A stretch of DNA of 64,000 bases from Roseibacillus sp. Lineage in GTDB: Bacteria; Verrucomicrobiota; Verrucomicrobiia; Verrucomicrobiales; Akkermansiaceae. The translations under genes and the position numbers were made by a program. Of the stretch, positions 10,233 through 19,603 are shown one piece after another. The notes beneath the pieces are model-generated. The model saw nothing but the letters and a program-made list of their open reading frames with translations, did not search any database and had not been told where the DNA came from. The stretch is taken from NCBI GenBank assembly GCA_051251855.1, contig JBPOGI010000006.1, forward strand, positions 160,001 to 224,000, given 5' to 3'. Every line of letters begins with the position of its first letter. Position 1 is the stretch's first letter.

Positions 10233-10262
10233 AAAAAAGACAGCCCTTGCGGGCTGCCTTTT
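10233..10262 (-). terminator. Intrinsic terminator after trxB
   Basis: Minus strand AAAAGGCAGCCC-GCAA-GGGCTGTCTTTTTT. Confidence 0.85.
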
Positions 10263-10286
10263 GAGAGTTGTGATTGAGAAGGGAGT

Positions 10287-11222
10287 TTAGTCCTCCTCGG
10301 AGAGGTAGCGTTCGGCTTCGATGGCGGCTTTGCAACCCTCGCCGGCAGCGGTGATGGCTTGACGATAGAAGTCGTCCATGACGTCACCGGCGGAGAAGAG
10401 GCCGGGGGTCTTGGTGGCGGTGCGCTCGCCGTTGGTCTGGATGTAACCGGCATCGTTGCGGTCGACGAGGTCACCGATGAATTGGCTGTTAGGGACGTGG
10501 CCAATGGCGATGAAGGCTCCGCGGACGTCGAGTTCGCTTTCTTCGTCGGTCTGGAGGTTCTTGATTTTGACGGCGGCGAGCTTGTTGTTTTCGCCAGGGA
10601 CATAGCCGGTGAGGGCGCTGTTCCAGACGGGCTCGATTTTGTCGTGATTGAGAACGCGCTCGGCCATGATTTTGGAGGCGCGCAGTTCGTCGCGACGATG
10701 CACGAGGTAGACTTTGCTGGCGAAGCGGGTGAGGAAGTGCGCTTCCTCGGCTGCGGAATCGCCGCCACCGACGACGACGACGGGCATGTCGCGGTAAAAG
10801 GCTCCATCGCAAGTGGCGCAGGTGGTGACCCCGGCTTTGCCGTAAAGTTCTTGCTCTCCTTCGAGGCCGAGGAGGCGGGGGGAGGCGCCAGTGGCGATGA
10901 TGACGGTCTTGGACTCGATGACTTCGTCGCTGCCTTTGATTTTGGTTTCGAAGTGGCCGGCGTCGGTTTTGACGATGGATTCGGCGACTTTGTATTCGGT
11001 TTTGGCTCCGAACTTCTCAGCCTGCTGCTGCATTTTGTTCATGAGCTCGTAGCCGTCGACCCCGTCAGGGAAGCCGGGGAAGTTTTCAACTTCTGAGGTG
11101 GTGGTGAGGAGTCCGCCGGGCTGCTCGCCTGCGAGGACTCGGGGTTCAAGATTGGCGCGGCTGGTGTAGAGTGCGGCGGTCCATCCGGCTGAGCCGGTTC
11201 CGATGATAAGAACGTTTTCCAT
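10287..11222 (-). CDS. trxB: Thioredoxin-disulfide reductase
   Basis: [47 protein letters not shown]...[10 protein letters not shown]. Confidence 0.97.
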   Translation of the reverse strand: MENVLIIGTGSAGWTAALYTSRANLEPRVLAGEQPGGLLTTTSEVENFPGFPDGVDGYELMNKMQQQAEKFGAKTEYKVAESIVKTDAGHFETKIKGSDEVIESKTVIIATGASPRLLGLEGEQELYGKAGVTTCATCDGAFYRDMPVVVVGGGDSAAEEAHFLTRFASKVYLVHRRDELRASKIMAERVLNHDKIEPVWNSALTGYVPGENNKLAAVKIKNLQTDEESELDVRGAFIAIGHVPNSQFIGDLVDRNDAGYIQTNGERTATKTPGLFSAGDVMDDFYRQAITAAGEGCKAAIEAERYLSEED

Positions 11223-11323
11223 AGATGCTTGTCTGAGGTGTGAGGGGCGACTTTATGCCCGAAAACTTTTTGGCCAAGCGGGAAAGAGGGGATTTTGGGG
11301 TTGGTTGGACGGGATTTTTTCAC

Positions 11324-11445
11324 CGCAGAGCCGCAAAGGACGCAAAGTGGGCGCGGAGCCGGGGTTCTGTGTTTTTGAGATAGGAATTGCGTGAGAAATG
11401 ACGGGGCTTTCTGTTTTTAAACAGAAGGCCGCAAAGAGCGCAAAG
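11324..11445 (+). repeat. Two clusters of ~9-nt-period short direct repeats
   Basis: CGCAGAG/CGCAAAG/CGCAAAG (11324, 11332, 11341); ACAGAAG/CGCAAAG/CGCAAAG (11421, 11430, 11439). Confidence 0.75.
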
Positions 11446-11578
11446 GACGGGGTCGTGTTTTTTGAGGAAGAAAAAAGGTAGGGGGACTGTTTTTGGCGGG
11501 GAAGGGTTGGCTGGTTTTGTGGAAAGATTGTTGAATCGGGACTTTTGATTTTTGTGGGAAGAGGTGAGATTAGAAGGA

Positions 11579-12373
11579 GTGAATCGATTGGATACGACTT
11601 TTGAGAAATTGCGGGCTGAGGGAAAGAAGGCTTTTGTGGCCTATGTCGCGGGGGGGGATCCGGGTTTTGAGCAATCGCTTGAGATTATGCGGGAGCTGGC
11701 GAATGTGGGGGCGGATGTGATCGAGCTGGGATTACCGTTTTCGGATCCGTTGGCTGATGGGATTGTAAATCAGATGGCGGCGGCACGTTCGCTGAAGGCG
11801 GGAGGGTCGACGCGGGGGTGTTTGGAGTTGATACGGGAGTTTCGGAAGACGCATGAGACGCCGATTGTGCTCTTTACGTATTTGAATCCGGTTTTCACGT
11901 ATGGGTATGAGCAGTTTCATGCCGATGCAGCGGCTGCGGGGGCGGATGGAATTCTTTTGTTAGACCTTCCGCCAGATGAGGCGGCGCGAAATGCGGATTT
12001 GGCGGGGGAAGTGGGCTTGCAGCATATTCGATTGATTGCTCCGACGACGCCGGATGAGCGAGTGAAGCTGCTGGCGGAGAACTCGCAGGGGTTTATTTAT
12101 GCCCTTTCGCGGACGGGAGTTACCGGTGCACATGGAGCGCCTTCGGAGGGGATTGGTGAGGTGGTTTCGCGAATCAAGGCACATACGGAAACGCCGGTTT
12201 GCGTGGGTTTTGGAATCAATACTCCCGAGCAAGCGGCAATGGTGGCGAGTGTTTCGGATGGAGTTGTTGTGGGCTCAGCGATTGTGAAAATTGTGGAAAA
12301 CAATGCCGATGACCCTAAGGTGGCTGAGAAGGTGGGGGCTTTTGTGAAGACGCTGGTGGATGCGATTCGGTAA
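11579..12373 (+). CDS. trpA: Tryptophan synthase alpha chain
   Basis: IELGLPFSDPLADG, TYLNP, LIAPTT, SRTGVTG, VGFGI, DGVVVGSAIV; GTG start at MNRLD. Confidence 0.97.
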   Translation: MNRLDTTFEKLRAEGKKAFVAYVAGGDPGFEQSLEIMRELANVGADVIELGLPFSDPLADGIVNQMAAARSLKAGGSTRGCLELIREFRKTHETPIVLFTYLNPVFTYGYEQFHADAAAAGADGILLLDLPPDEAARNADLAGEVGLQHIRLIAPTTPDERVKLLAENSQGFIYALSRTGVTGAHGAPSEGIGEVVSRIKAHTETPVCVGFGINTPEQAAMVASVSDGVVVGSAIVKIVENNADDPKVAEKVGAFVKTLVDAIR

Positions 12374-12488
12374 TACCACTCCGAGTTCCAAAAGAGCAGA
12401 ACGTGATTTAGGAGTGTTTTGTTGAGTTAGCACATTTAGGTAGAAGGCTACGGAGGGGGGATTGCCTTTTGCTTTGGGTGGGGTGCCT

Positions 12489-12523
12489 AAAAAAGCCCCC
12501 GCCGGAATTTCCAGCGAGGGCTT
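12489..12523 (-). terminator. Intrinsic terminator after the LamG-domain gene
   Basis: Minus strand AAGCCCTCGCTGGA-AAT-TCCGGCGGGGGCTTTTTT. Confidence 0.75.
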
Positions 12524-12557
12524 AAGGTTGAGGCTAAAGAGGGTTTCCCGCTATCGA

Positions 12558-15080
12558 CTAGAGTGCCGGGACGGGTCCTTCACTGAGGCGAATGAGTTTG
12601 GAGTCACCAAGTCCTGCGGTATCAATGGCCTTGCTTTCTGCGGCGGCGGTGGCGGTGAATTCGGTGCCGGCGATGGCCTCAAATTGAGAAGTGGCCGTGT
12701 TGTAACCTTGGAAGTGATAGACGGTGTCTATTCCTAAGCCGGTCAAATCAACATTGAGGCTGCCTCCTGAATAGCTCGTAACGCAAATTCCCAAGCCTTC
12801 CAATGCGGCAGCAAAGTTTGCGGCGACTTCGTCAGCGGTCATGATACCGCTATAGATGCAAAACTCGTCAAAGGAGCCACCGAAGCGGGGATCTGAAGTG
12901 TTTGCATTAGAGCGCCCAAGCCAGTTGTTCACGTCGGCGATTGCGGCGATGGAACGGTTTCCGATTGCGAGGATGTCGTTACTGATAAGCATCCCATTGA
13001 GGTAAATCATGCGAATACCGGTTTCGGGATCAATTGTCATCACGAGGTAAGAGCGCTCGCCTACGGTTAAACCGGCGCTTGCGGTAACAAATTGAGTACC
13101 CAAGGCTGGTCGATCGGTGGTGAATTCTGAAGCGAGGTTGCCGCTACCACTTCGGTGCGCGATGATGTTTGCGAATGAGACCGGCTCGGTATTGGTGCCA
13201 AAGTCGACCGCGCGCATCCAGTTGTTGGTGGCGTCTTTGGTCATCCACGTCTCGAAGGTGAGGCCGAGGGTATCTACGTTGGGAATGGTTGAAATGATGC
13301 CGTCTGGGAGGTCCACATAAGCGCCGTCAGCTGCGTTGGCTCCACCCGGTAAGACGAGAGCACTTCCATCAGCATTGAAGATAGCTCCAGTTCCAAGGAC
13401 TACAGCGTCGGCAGTGCCAACCGTGTCTGCGATGGAAGTGTTTTCGAGAGCTGCGGCACCTGCGGTTCCCGTGAATTCGTAGCAGTGCATCAAGGTAGTG
13501 GGCTTCAGTGGGGGCAGAGCCAGGGTGATGGTGATCGTGTCGCTAATCAGACTGCCGCCTGACAATTCCCATGCGGCAGTGATCACGGAATCTCCGAGGG
13601 AATTGGTATTAGTTCCAGGAGTTAGTAGACCCGATGCTCCATTGACCGCGATATCACTTCCAGAATCTGTAGAGAAGACGGTTCCAGCAATGTTGTTGAT
13701 CTCGATGGGGGTGGCGATATTGGGTGTGGTGACGGTCAGAATGATGGTGGCGTTGGAGCCGCCAACATAGAGAGTGTTCGCTGGTTGGGTGGTGACGGTT
13801 GCAGTGATCGAATCCGCGTCTTCAGTGGTGACCGTGATAGCTTCCGAGAAGGAAGAGCCGCCTGGGATGAGAAGCTCTGCGGTAATGGCTGCGCTTCCTG
13901 GGTCCAACGGGGCTAGGACGCCAGCAACGTCAAAAACGGCAACGCCTGTGTCACTGCTCGACAAGGTAAAGCCGGTGTAATTGTCAACAACGACTCCACT
14001 CAAACTTGCGCTGTCTGCAGAGACGCTCATGGTTACGTTTGCGCCATAGGACAATAGGTAGTTGGGATTGATTTCATCAGCTAGTGGGATGAAGTTAAAG
14101 TTGGTAGGTTCTTCTACCACAAATGTGACTGCGGAAGTGGTGACCGAAGTGCCGTTGTCTCCAAGGACGGTCGCAGTGATATCTGCGGAGCCAGGTTGGA
14201 TGACTGTCACTTCTCCTCCGCTTGAGACGGTGGCAACACTAGTATTGTTAGAGGAGTATGATACGACGGAGCTTCCGAGGGCGGTGACATCGATAGTGCC
14301 AGCCGTTGTGAAAGTTCCGGTTGCCGAGAGATCCACTTCTGGGGCTCCGACAATGAAAGTCGTATTAGGTGCCGATAAGGTTGCGGCAGTGACATCACCA
14401 AAGGTGGGGACGGAGGAGGTGATGGAGAAGCCGTTGAGTCCTGCGGATGCGTTATTGTTGCTTCCCGAAGGGGCTCCTTTTCTGTTCCACGTGAAGGTTA
14501 AGTCGTCGGCAGTAGCGTCCGAAACGAAGGTGAACTGAACAAAAGTCACCGAGTTCGTCGGATTGAGTCGATCATTGCCGAACTCAGTGGTCTGAGTTGC
14601 AGTTGTGGTACCGTTGTAGGTAGCGGTAAAATCCGTCTCTTGAGCGACGTTGTCTCCGATTCCGTAAATAGTGAGGGTGATCAGCTCTCCGGCAGGGAAC
14701 TGGGCGACTCCAGCAATGGTGACTGTATTCGGGATCGTAGTGTCTCGGTCGTAGATGTAGCCCTCCACAATCGGGGTGTTATCTGTCCAAGAGGTGTCTC
14801 CGGCATTGTATCCACCATTGACGATTCCTGTTGTGGTAATGGTGTAGCTGGCGGCATCTTCGTCAGTGACGGTCGCAGCTCCTAATGCAGCCCAAGTCGT
14901 AATGACGGTGGGAGTGGCAGTTGTTAAGATGTTGGAATCATTAGCGGCAAAATGAGCCGTAGTGGATGCGACGGAGCCACCGGCATTCGTTGGGGCGATA
15001 TCGACTAAGATTGTTTTCGCGGAGGCGAAACAAGCGCTTGAAGCCAGAAGAAGACTGGCGAATTTAAAGGAGGTTTTCAT
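12558..15080 (-). CDS. Secreted protein with Ig-like (Big_2) repeats and a LamG/concanavalin-like domain
   Basis: Signal peptide MKTSFKFASLLLASSACFASA; YSSNNTSVATVSSGG.VT..PGSA.ITA Ig-like repeats; LTFETW..NNWMR.VDFG..IYLNG..NWLGRS..FGGSFDEFCIY. Confidence 0.8.
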   Translation of the reverse strand: MKTSFKFASLLLASSACFASAKTILVDIAPTNAGGSVASTTAHFAANDSNILTTATPTVITTWAALGAATVTDEDAASYTITTTGIVNGGYNAGDTSWTDNTPIVEGYIYDRDTTIPNTVTIAGVAQFPAGELITLTIYGIGDNVAQETDFTATYNGTTTATQTTEFGNDRLNPTNSVTFVQFTFVSDATADDLTFTWNRKGAPSGSNNNASAGLNGFSITSSVPTFGDVTAATLSAPNTTFIVGAPEVDLSATGTFTTAGTIDVTALGSSVVSYSSNNTSVATVSSGGEVTVIQPGSADITATVLGDNGTSVTTSAVTFVVEEPTNFNFIPLADEINPNYLLSYGANVTMSVSADSASLSGVVVDNYTGFTLSSSDTGVAVFDVAGVLAPLDPGSAAITAELLIPGGSSFSEAITVTTEDADSITATVTTQPANTLYVGGSNATIILTVTTPNIATPIEINNIAGTVFSTDSGSDIAVNGASGLLTPGTNTNSLGDSVITAAWELSGGSLISDTITITLALPPLKPTTLMHCYEFTGTAGAAALENTSIADTVGTADAVVLGTGAIFNADGSALVLPGGANAADGAYVDLPDGIISTIPNVDTLGLTFETWMTKDATNNWMRAVDFGTNTEPVSFANIIAHRSGSGNLASEFTTDRPALGTQFVTASAGLTVGERSYLVMTIDPETGIRMIYLNGMLISNDILAIGNRSIAAIADVNNWLGRSNANTSDPRFGGSFDEFCIYSGIMTADEVAANFAAALEGLGICVTSYSGGSLNVDLTGLGIDTVYHFQGYNTATSQFEAIAGTEFTATAAAESKAIDTAGLGDSKLIRLSEGPVPAL

Positions 15081-15377
15081 GGTTTTGGTGGAAGCTTGGA
15101 ATTGACGTTGATGGATGAAAATCAAGCCCAAGGCGTTTGAAGGTCCTGATAACGGGCCCAGCTAAAAATTAGTCTGGGTTCGCTAGAGAGCAAGGCGGTA
15201 ACGCTCTGGTGGAGAATTTAGCGGAACATTTGACGACTACTGGCCTAAATACGTCGATAATTGTGAGGGGCGTTAGAGCACACGCAACTAGCGGCATCTG
15301 CTCGGCGGGAGCAGAAGGGTGGGCTATGCAGTCATCACGGTTCCACCGTGACTAAAGCCACATGCATAAGGAAAAGG

Positions 15378-15740
15378 CTAGCCTTGCACCTTGGCGTTGC
15401 GGCCTTCGTCGATGAGGTTCCAGAAATGTTTGGAATCAGCGAGGGCTTCGTCTTCGGAGGAGATTTTGGAGCGATAGAGGAAGTCGGTAAGGGAGCCTTT
15501 GTGAAGGACTCGGTGGACGATGACTTTGTTGTCGGCGACCTCGAAGTAAAAGCGCCAGTCGTCGGAACGAAAGCGATAGAGGCTTTTACCGTCTCGGTCT
15601 AACTTGCCAAATTTCTCTCCATCAAGGTTCTCGAGGTCTTGAGGGCTGACTTGAAATTCGTCGAAGATCTGGAGCTGGGCCAGAGTGTCGAGTTGGGAAA
15701 TCTCAGCAGCAGAGATTTCGTTGAAGACGATTTGAAGCAT
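15378..15740 (-). CDS. RelE/ParE-fold protein without a neighbouring antitoxin
   Basis: IVF...A..E N-terminus and LYRFRSDDWRFYFEV..NKVIVHRVLH core. Confidence 0.65.
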   Translation of the reverse strand: MLQIVFNEISAAEISQLDTLAQLQIFDEFQVSPQDLENLDGEKFGKLDRDGKSLYRFRSDDWRFYFEVADNKVIVHRVLHKGSLTDFLYRSKISSEDEALADSKHFWNLIDEGRNAKVQG

Positions 15741-15817
15741 GCCAGAGGGTGGCATGCCTAGTGTTGATTGGTCAACTTAGATGCAGGGCGCGAAAGTTCT
15801 TCTGTGGGCGGTGAAGA

Positions 15818-15846
15818 TTGAATTTTGGCCCGAAACCCGCTAGGCT
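15818..15846 (+). promoter_or_regulatory. Sigma70-type promoter, probably giving a leaderless deoD mRNA
   Basis: TTGAAT-17nt-TAGGCT-6nt-ATG; no Shine-Dalgarno. Confidence 0.55.
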
Positions 15847-15852
15847 CCACTT

Positions 15853-16554
15853 ATGTCAACACCACATATTGAGGCCGCTGAGGGAGCATTCGCAGAAACC
15901 ATTTTGCTGCCGGGTGATCCGCTGCGTGCGAAGTTTATTGCCGACACTTTTTTAGAAGATGTGGTCCAAGTGAACGGGGTGCGCAATATGCTGGGATATA
16001 CGGGAAGCTTTGAGGGGAAGAAGGTGTCGGTGATGGGGACGGGAATGGGCATTCCTTCGTTGTCGATTTATACGAAAGAGTTGATCACGGAATATGGAGT
16101 GAAGAATCTCATTCGGGTGGGAAGTTGTGGAGCGGTGAGCAAGTCCATAAAGGTGAGGGAAATTTTGGTGGGCTTAGGGGCAAGCACGGATAGTGGGGTG
16201 AATCGAGCGCGCTTTGGTGGATACGACTTTTCGGCAGTGGCGGACTGGGGGCTAACGCGGGCAGCGGTAGAATCTGCTGAACGGCAGGGGATTCCAGTGA
16301 AGGTGGGGACACTCTTTTCGGCCGATCTCTTCTATACCCCACAACCGGAGATGTTCGATCGCATGGAGGCGATGGGGATTTTGGCGGTAGAAATGGAGGC
16401 GGCGGGCCTTTTTGGTGTTTGTGCGGAGTTTGGAGCTAAGGGGCTGACGGTCTGCACGGTGAGCGACCATATCCGGACCGGAGAAAGTTTGCCTAGTGAT
16501 GAGCGGGAAAAGGGCTTTGCTGATATGATGAAGGTGGTACTGGGCTCTTTGTGA
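15853..16554 (+). CDS. deoD: Purine nucleoside phosphorylase
   Basis: [53 protein letters not shown]. Confidence 0.96.
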   Translation: MSTPHIEAAEGAFAETILLPGDPLRAKFIADTFLEDVVQVNGVRNMLGYTGSFEGKKVSVMGTGMGIPSLSIYTKELITEYGVKNLIRVGSCGAVSKSIKVREILVGLGASTDSGVNRARFGGYDFSAVADWGLTRAAVESAERQGIPVKVGTLFSADLFYTPQPEMFDRMEAMGILAVEMEAAGLFGVCAEFGAKGLTVCTVSDHIRTGESLPSDEREKGFADMMKVVLGSL

Positions 16555-16589
16555 AGAGGACGAGCCCTCGTTCGGTGAAGTTTGCTGAG

Positions 16590-16618
16590 TTGCGCGGCAG
16601 GAAGAACGATTCTAGCTT
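16590..16618 (+). promoter_or_regulatory. Sigma70-type promoter, probably leaderless
   Basis: TTGCGC-17nt-TAGCTT-6nt-ATG. Confidence 0.55.
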
Positions 16619-16624
16619 AGTGGC

Positions 16625-17086
16625 ATGTGGAAGTTGCTTTGTATCGTTCCTTTGGCGGCGACTCTTGTGAGTTGTGGTCTGTTCAAGAAAAAGGTTGAGG
16701 CGGGGCCCAAGCAACGGGCAACGTCGGTTGTGGGAGAGGTCACGAGCGTGCACTCTGACCAAGGATTCGTTCTTTTCCGACGTTATGGCCCCGGGGAGTT
16801 GCTAGGAGGAGGGCTCTTGAGTGCGAGAAGCTTAGATGGGAAGAGGGCGGCTGACCTGAAGCTGAGCCCTGAAAAATTGGGACGATTCTACACTGCAGAC
16901 TTTTCAAAAGAGGAGGTGACACCTCGAAAAGGAGACCTTGTAGTGCTCACAAAATTGCCTGATGACACACAAAACGACAATTTGGTCACAGAAAAAACTG
17001 AGTCGGAAGAGCTGGAGGTCAAAAAAATGGGTTCTTCCTCAGAGCCGGAAATCATTGATTCTACAGCATCTCGGAGGAGTCGATAA
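16625..17086 (+). CDS. Hypothetical lipoprotein
   Basis: Signal peptide with lipobox LVSC; VGEV..V....GFVL beta-barrel-like segment. Confidence 0.75.
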   Translation: MWKLLCIVPLAATLVSCGLFKKKVEAGPKQRATSVVGEVTSVHSDQGFVLFRRYGPGELLGGGLLSARSLDGKRAADLKLSPEKLGRFYTADFSKEEVTPRKGDLVVLTKLPDDTQNDNLVTEKTESEELEVKKMGSSSEPEIIDSTASRRSR

Positions 17087-17162
17087 TAGGCCTCATCATT
17101 ATTTTTTATAAAAACTTAAGAATTTACTTCACTTCTTTTGATTTTTCGGGCAGTTTTCACTC

Positions 17163-17177
17163 ACTCAGCTGCTGAGT
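17163..17177. promoter_or_regulatory. Palindrome, candidate MarR autoregulatory operator
   Basis: Perfect 7-1-7 inverted repeat ACTCAGC-T-GCTGAGT 35 nt upstream of the MarR start. Confidence 0.45.
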
Positions 17178-17212
17178 AACCATGTTGTTCCAAAAACATA
17201 ACCAATCCAGTA

Positions 17213-17662
17213 ATGAAAACCAGTACTACCAGCCGCAAAGGCGCGGTGCAGGCGGAAGCAGACCGCTTGGCCGATTTCGTGTTGTTCACGCAACGTTCTT
17301 GTATCCTCAACCTCTCAAACGAGCTTAACCGGGGGCACATTTCGTTTCCTCAGTTTTTCCTTTTGACGTATTTGTCTAGTGAGGAGTTCCTCACTATGTC
17401 TGATATCGCCAAGAAGATGGGCCACTCGACTGCAGCCGCTACCGGCCTCGTCGATCGTCTTGAGAAGATTGGATACGTAGAGCGTGTGCACGCTGCCGAG
17501 GACCGTCGCAAGATCATGGTTCGGATTACCCAAAAGGGTACCGAGCTCGTGGCTCACATGCGTAAGGAAATCGCTACCGACCTCGCTTCCATCATGGATG
17601 AAGCGGATGAGGATGAAGCGGAGACCATTGATTACGCTCGCCGTGCAATGAGCAAAGCCTAA
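17213..17662 (+). CDS. MarR family transcriptional regulator
   Basis: ISFPQFFLL, LTMSDIA..MGHSTAAATGLVDRLEKIGYVER...EDRRKIMVRITQKG. Confidence 0.92.
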   Translation: MKTSTTSRKGAVQAEADRLADFVLFTQRSCILNLSNELNRGHISFPQFFLLTYLSSEEFLTMSDIAKKMGHSTAAATGLVDRLEKIGYVERVHAAEDRRKIMVRITQKGTELVAHMRKEIATDLASIMDEADEDEAETIDYARRAMSKA

Positions 17663-17788
17663 AGGCCGCGCTGATTGCCCAGCAGTGAAGTCACCTTCCT
17701 GCTCCCTGCTACTCACCTTCTTTGGAGACAATATGGTGGGCTAGGGAATTACCATTAGGATCACCCCTAGTCCTAACAAGTTCACTTA

Positions 17789-17826
17789 AGTTCCACTATG
17801 CCTTCGAGCGTAGTGGAATTTTTTTT
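17789..17826 (+). terminator. Intrinsic terminator after marR
   Basis: TTCCACTATGC-CTTCGA-GCGTAGTGGAA followed by T8. Confidence 0.85.
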
Positions 17827-17915
17827 GGTGGGAGGCGGCTTGTGGTTGAGCATTGTGGCAGGGGACTCAGGATTCTGCTCTGGTGCATTGAGAAGTGTTT
17901 TTCTAGCTTCGCGGG

Positions 17916-18584
17916 GTGCCCTACGATCTCTCATTTCTTGATCCCCTTCGTGAAGCAGGCTTCATGGCGGACTTTGTGCCTCGGGTTGAAGGAGTAGCAG
18001 GAAGCTACGACAAAGAAGAGGGCTTGGTTTCGCTGGAACCATTTCATCGGCAAGCGGTGGAGCGATTGGGTTTCGACTGGTCGCAACTTTGGAGAGCGGA
18101 GCAAGTTCACGGGGGAGAACTGGGCATGGTTGAGGTGAGCTCGGGGTCGGCGGACACTTTGAAAGGTGTGGATGGCTTAATTTCGCATCTCCCGTCAGAG
18201 CTCTTGGGAATCTATGTCGCGGATTGCGGGTTGATTTGGTTGGCTGATCAGAGAACCGGTGCTGTGGCCTTGCTCCATTCGGGGAGAAAGGGAACGGAAG
18301 AGGGGATTTTACCAAATGCGGTGGCGGCGATGGGTAAAAGCTTTGGAAGTAGGCCTGAAGATTTGATTGGGGTGTTGGGTCCTTGTATCCGCCCGCCTCA
18401 CTATGAGGTGAATATCTCGAAGATGATTGCCCTACAGGCTAGTGAAGTGGGATTAGGGCAGTTCCACGATTGTGGGATCTGCACTGGGTCTGAAGTGAGT
18501 TGTCATTACAGCTATCGAATCGAAAAAGGTCTCACGGGCAGAATGTTGGGACTTCTTGCATCCAAACCGAGACGAGAGGCGTAA
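17916..18584 (+). CDS. YfiH/PgeF (polyphenol oxidase/laccase-domain) family protein
   Basis: EQVHG, DGLIS, ADCG, LLHSGRKG, GPCI, CT..YSYR...GR motifs. Confidence 0.88.
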   Translation: MPYDLSFLDPLREAGFMADFVPRVEGVAGSYDKEEGLVSLEPFHRQAVERLGFDWSQLWRAEQVHGGELGMVEVSSGSADTLKGVDGLISHLPSELLGIYVADCGLIWLADQRTGAVALLHSGRKGTEEGILPNAVAAMGKSFGSRPEDLIGVLGPCIRPPHYEVNISKMIALQASEVGLGQFHDCGICTGSEVSCHYSYRIEKGLTGRMLGLLASKPRREA

Positions 18585-18813
18585 CTTCAGTAGAGAGAGT
18601 ATCTTGATATACCCAAGTTTCTGGCGGTTAGTCCGCTAGGCGAAGGTTGCGAGCCAGCTTTCTGTAAACTCTTGAAATTTTGTGACTCGAATGAACTTAG
18701 TGTTGTCTATGTATTTACCGACTCAATAAATTGTGGGTTGATTTCTGGCTTTTCTGGGGAAACTTAGAAAAGGCAGATTTCAGCTCCGGTTGAATAGAGT
18801 GAGAGATAGTTGC

Positions 18814-18989
18814 TGAGAGCGGGCTTTTTGTGTGTGAGCCCAATCGAGGCTGCTATTTCATTACGGTTTTCCCCTGACGGGGAGGCATCGAAAGAGAACA
18901 GAGGGCGGGCCTGGTGGTCCGCCCTCGACTTTTTAGCCCGAGCGACGATTGGGTCTCATTTTGCGGGGTGCGCACATGCTCGTGGCTCA
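18814..18989 (+). ncRNA. Candidate structured RNA (~175 nt rod with branched centre), family unknown
   Basis: Nested inverted repeats TGAG/CTCA, GCGGGC/GCTCGT, TGTGTG/CGCACA, TGAGCCCAATCG/CGATTGGGTCTCA; inner hairpins CCCC-TGAC-GGGG and GAGGGCGGGCC-TGGT-GGTCCGCCCTC; G-U pairs favour the + strand. Confidence 0.4.
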
Positions 18990-19059
18990 CAATGCGAATT
19001 TTATGAGATTGGTCCAAGAAACCTCTGCACTCGTGCGTTTCTCTGTTAACTTGACCTGA

Positions 19060-19602
19060 ATGGGCCTGTCGAAAGAAGAAATGACCGCGCTCGCGAGAGA
19101 TGAATTCGTTGCCGATGCCTTGGCAAAATACGAGGCGCCGTTGGTGGGCTATGCCACGGGGATTGTGCGCGACCATGAGCGGGCCCGTGACGTGGTTCAG
19201 GATACCTTCATCCGGCTGTATCAGCAGGATATCGAGAAGGTTCGCAAAGGTCTGAAGACTTGGCTCTATACGGTTTGTCGAAACCGGGCACTTGATGTGC
19301 TGAGGAAAGAGGGGCGAGCGGTTGTGACCGACGAGGAAGGCTTTTCAAAGTGGGAGGCGGAAGGTCTCTCTCCGCGAGCGATGACTGACCTTGATGAGCG
19401 GGTGCGACAGGTCACGGATTGCCTCGATAAACTTTCCGCCAATCAACGCGAAGTGATTCGCCTCAAATTTCAACAAGGGATGAGCTACAAGGAAATCAGT
19501 GCTGTGACAGGACTGACCTCCGGCAATGTGGGCTTCTTGATTCATACCGGACTCAAGCGGATGCGCTCGCTCCTTCCCGACGATTTACTCGAAAATATTT
19601 AA
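19060..19602 (+). CDS. ECF (group 4) sigma-70 factor
   Basis: ARDVVQDTFIRL, KTWLYTVCRNRALDVLRK region 2; LS.NQREVI.LKF..GMSYKEIS region 4. Confidence 0.93.
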   Translation: MGLSKEEMTALARDEFVADALAKYEAPLVGYATGIVRDHERARDVVQDTFIRLYQQDIEKVRKGLKTWLYTVCRNRALDVLRKEGRAVVTDEEGFSKWEAEGLSPRAMTDLDERVRQVTDCLDKLSANQREVIRLKFQQGMSYKEISAVTGLTSGNVGFLIHTGLKRMRSLLPDDLLENI

Positions 19603-19603
19603 G

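Noticed and set aside
11324..11360. GGACGCAAAG resembling part of a c-di-GMP-I riboswitch
   Set aside because: No GYAAAC-stem-GAAA P2 or tetraloop-receptor stem; better explained by the triplet repeat
10004..11445. CRISPR or guide-RNA array interpretation of the short repeats
   Set aside because: Units are 6-7 nt with 1-4 nt gaps, no spacer-sized unique sequences and no cas or nuclease gene nearby
15125..15370. Possible riboswitch upstream of the LamG gene (several short stems)
   Set aside because: Stems are short and imperfect and match no aptamer consensus I recognise
18835..18958. Retron msr/msd-like layout (terminal inverted repeats with inner hairpins)
   Set aside because: No reverse transcriptase anywhere in the window
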